A DNA stretch of 62,906 nucleotides, the filler included, from Folioceros fuciformis (lineage: Eukaryota), in NCBI GenBank assembly GCA_049999805.1. It is 4 parts of 4 records of this genome, joined end to end, with 100 filler letters (N's around TTAATTAATTAA, not from the genome) between each part and the next. Parts side by side here need not be neighbours in the genome. Positions count along the whole stretch, not along the records: positions 60,515 to 62,906 come from JBNGIO010006329.1; 3 more parts are not named here. The stretch is one strand, 5' to 3'. The notes beneath the pieces were generated by a model. The model was not told the origin of the DNA. It did no database searches and worked only from the letters and a program-made list of their open reading frames with translations. The translations under genes and the position numbers were made by a program. Within the stretch, counting starts at the first letter, position 1. Every line of letters begins with the position of its first letter. Positions 60,514 to 62,906 of this stretch are shown in pieces.

Positions 60514-62403
60514 NGTAGGTCATGCAAAGACTTCCCACGATATGTGGACTCACCTTGCTCAACTCTACTCCTCAATGGATGTTATGAGTATCATTGCCGC
60601 CTCCCGTAATTTCCGCAACTTTCAAATGAAGGAGTCCGATTCCATTGAACGTCATATAAGTAATTTCCGACTGGCAAGATCTCAACTTGAGGCTGCAAGT
60701 GGCATCCCTGTCCATGAGTTGGAAGCATATGTTATCCTTCTATCTTCTTTACCGCCGTCTTATAGAGCTTTCTTACAACTCAAAATATTGTCCTCCGTAA
60801 TGCAAGACGGGAGGCAAATGAGAATCCACAAGCTGAAATTAAGCTTAGCATCGCCGAACTCATAGGAGCGTTGATGCAAGAGGAATCAAGTCGGCGACAC
60901 TCCAGAACCAACAAGCAACAGGTGATGTGCACTGGAAGGGGCAATGGAAGAGGACGAGACAGAGGCCGAGGTTCTACTTCCCAGCGACCCCAAAATTCCA
61001 ATGACAACTCTCGAAGACGAGAGACTTCTTCTTCAACACCTGCAAGAGGTACCAAGAAGAAAGGCATCATTTGTAATTGGTGTAGGATCCCAAATCACAT
61101 GGAAAAGGACTGTTACAAGAAGAAAAATGGCAAGCCTAGAAAAGAGGCTGCGCCTGGAGCTCATGTAGCTGTGAAGAAGACATCTTCTACAACACCTTCG
61201 GCCCTAACCATATGCTTGACTTCATCAAAGTCATCAAACCCAAACTGGTATTTGGATAGTGGAGCCACTGCACACATCTGTAACAATAAACGCCTATATG
61301 AGTCTGATGATTTAGCTACAGGATACCAAAGTGTCTTACTAGGTGATGATCATAACCTTCCTATTTTAGGTGTAGGCTCAGTCAAACTTAGATGTTCTTC
61401 AGGTCAAATTCTTCTTCTTTCTAATGTCCTTCATGTACCAGCCATGTGTAAGAATTTAGTGTCAGCCACTTGTTCATGTATAGAACATAACATGCAGGTT
61501 ATTTTAGATGCAGATAGTTGTCTTCTTACTTACTCTCCAAGTGAATCCCTCAACATCTGCACAGGCACTATAGAGGACGGTCTATATAAACTTTCAGTCC
61601 AAGCGGAATCATCACATGATAGAGTTAATTTAGCTTCCCAAAACTCTGTCCCCTCCAATATTACTGTACTTTGGCACTGTAGATTAGGACATCCTAATAC
61701 CCAAAAGCTTATACAAATGTCTAAGGGAAACCTTGACCGAAACCCTTCCCTTATAAAAACATAACCATTATCATGGTGTGAAGCTTGTGTTCTCACCAAA
61801 AGGCATCAAGCACCTTCTAAAAATAACTCTCCTCAGAGGGCTAAGGCTCCCCTAGAGTTAGTTCACACCGACATTTGTGGTCCAATTTCTGCACCATCCT
61901 TCAGCGGTTGCAGATATTTTATTACTTTTATTGATGATTTCTCCCGTTTTACCACAACATACATCCTCAAGCACAAAAGTGAAGCTTTTCAGTACTTTAA
62001 GGATTACATGATGTGGGCAGAAAGACTTACAGTGAAGAAACTCAAGACCCTTCGTTCCGATAATGGAGGCGAGTTTATCTCCAATGCTTTTACTCATTTT
62101 TGTCGAGCTCAAGGTATTGCTCAACAACTTACAGTGGTCTAATACCCCTCGGCAAAATGGCATAGCAGAAAATAAGAATCTACGTCTTCAAGTGATAACA
62201 GGTTGCTTGCTCTCCCAAGCAAGGTTAACTAAACCATATTGGGCAGAAGCAATGCTAACAGCAACCTATCTCCTTAATCGACTACCTACTTCAGCAATCA
62301 AAGGTATGACCCCTTATGAAGCATTCACTGGCAGAAAGCTTTCCATCGACCACCTTCGGGTTTTTGGCTGTACGGCATATGTTTATATTCCTAAAGCACA
62401 GCG
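60514..62403 (+). mobile_element. Degenerate Ty1/copia gag-PR-IN, interrupted by a nested LTR element
   Basis: LLSSLPPSY, CNWCRIPNHMEKDC, WYLDSGATAHIC, LWHCRLGH, VHTDICGP, QNGIAE, HLRVFGC; stops and frameshifts. Confidence 0.9.
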
Positions 62404-62906
62404 TAATAATGGGATTCAGTTAGGGTTTCCAGACTCTAACTCAACGGATATTCAACTTAAGTTTATAGAACAAGGTTTATATTTAGGTCACAAAACGGTT
62501 ACACACAAAAACTCTTTTATAGTCTCTTGATCACTTATGGAAGTTATCTTTCGTGCCTCTCTTGCTTTCGCTCTCTCATGCTCTCGTACAGGTCCCAGTT
62601 GATGGTGCATCGCTAATGAATACCACTTTATGGTATCAGATCACCATGGACAATATCAGGATCCCCTATGTCATCTCAAGGATTAGATCTTTTGGGACTA
62701 CCATTAGGAAATTACTTTCTTGAACTTCAGCAGCATGGAGCATGCTATGGTATCGCATCCAACGTGGATCGCACCTCCCATCAATGCACATTGGACAGAA
62801 GAAGAGAAGAACAATTACATCAGCCTTCTAAAGCAGTATTGGCAAGCACTCAGCAAATGGCAGAGAGCACGGAAGGATAGACGCTAGGCGGTTACACCAT
62901 GACACG
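62404..62906 (+). mobile_element. Nested LTR element: TA...TA LTR (62404-62630) + PBS, running off the window
   Basis: Copia integrase homology stops abruptly at 62403. The LTR-like tract ends CTTTA and is followed immediately by TGGTATCAGA at 62631-62640. Confidence 0.7.

Overview
This is land-plant nuclear DNA. Short GT-AG introns, a PLS-type PPR relic and miR535 suggest a non-seed plant, but that placement is inference. Gene islands are interleaved with retroelements. Intact-looking genes: an intronless LRR receptor kinase with a WAK-type kinase domain (5602-8184), tRNA-Asp(GUC), SmE (6 coding exons), RPL27a/uL15, an intronless MYBBP1A/Pol5-family gene, TXNDC9/PLP3, a DUF819 membrane protein, and a 10-11 exon gene encoding signal peptide + EGF-containing ectodomain + TM + ATL-type RING-H2 (a receptor-like E3 ligase). 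A MIR535 hairpin starts 5 nt inside an intron of a minus-strand spliced transcript, and its lower stem crosses the splice donor. Pseudogenes: PPR, an LRR-VIII-type retrocopy, and an inverted RPL27a copy abutting the MYBBP1A stop. Mobile elements: a young, near-intact Ty1/copia; several degenerate copias; a chromovirus-like Ty3/gypsy with AG...CT LTR termini and a ~770-bp internal fold-back; two TA...TA-ended LTR elements; a Harbinger relic; an L1 relic; and two CRE-like (RLE) non-LTR copies. N-gaps containing TTAATTAATTAA are assembly linkers. All calls were read by eye; no database searches were run.
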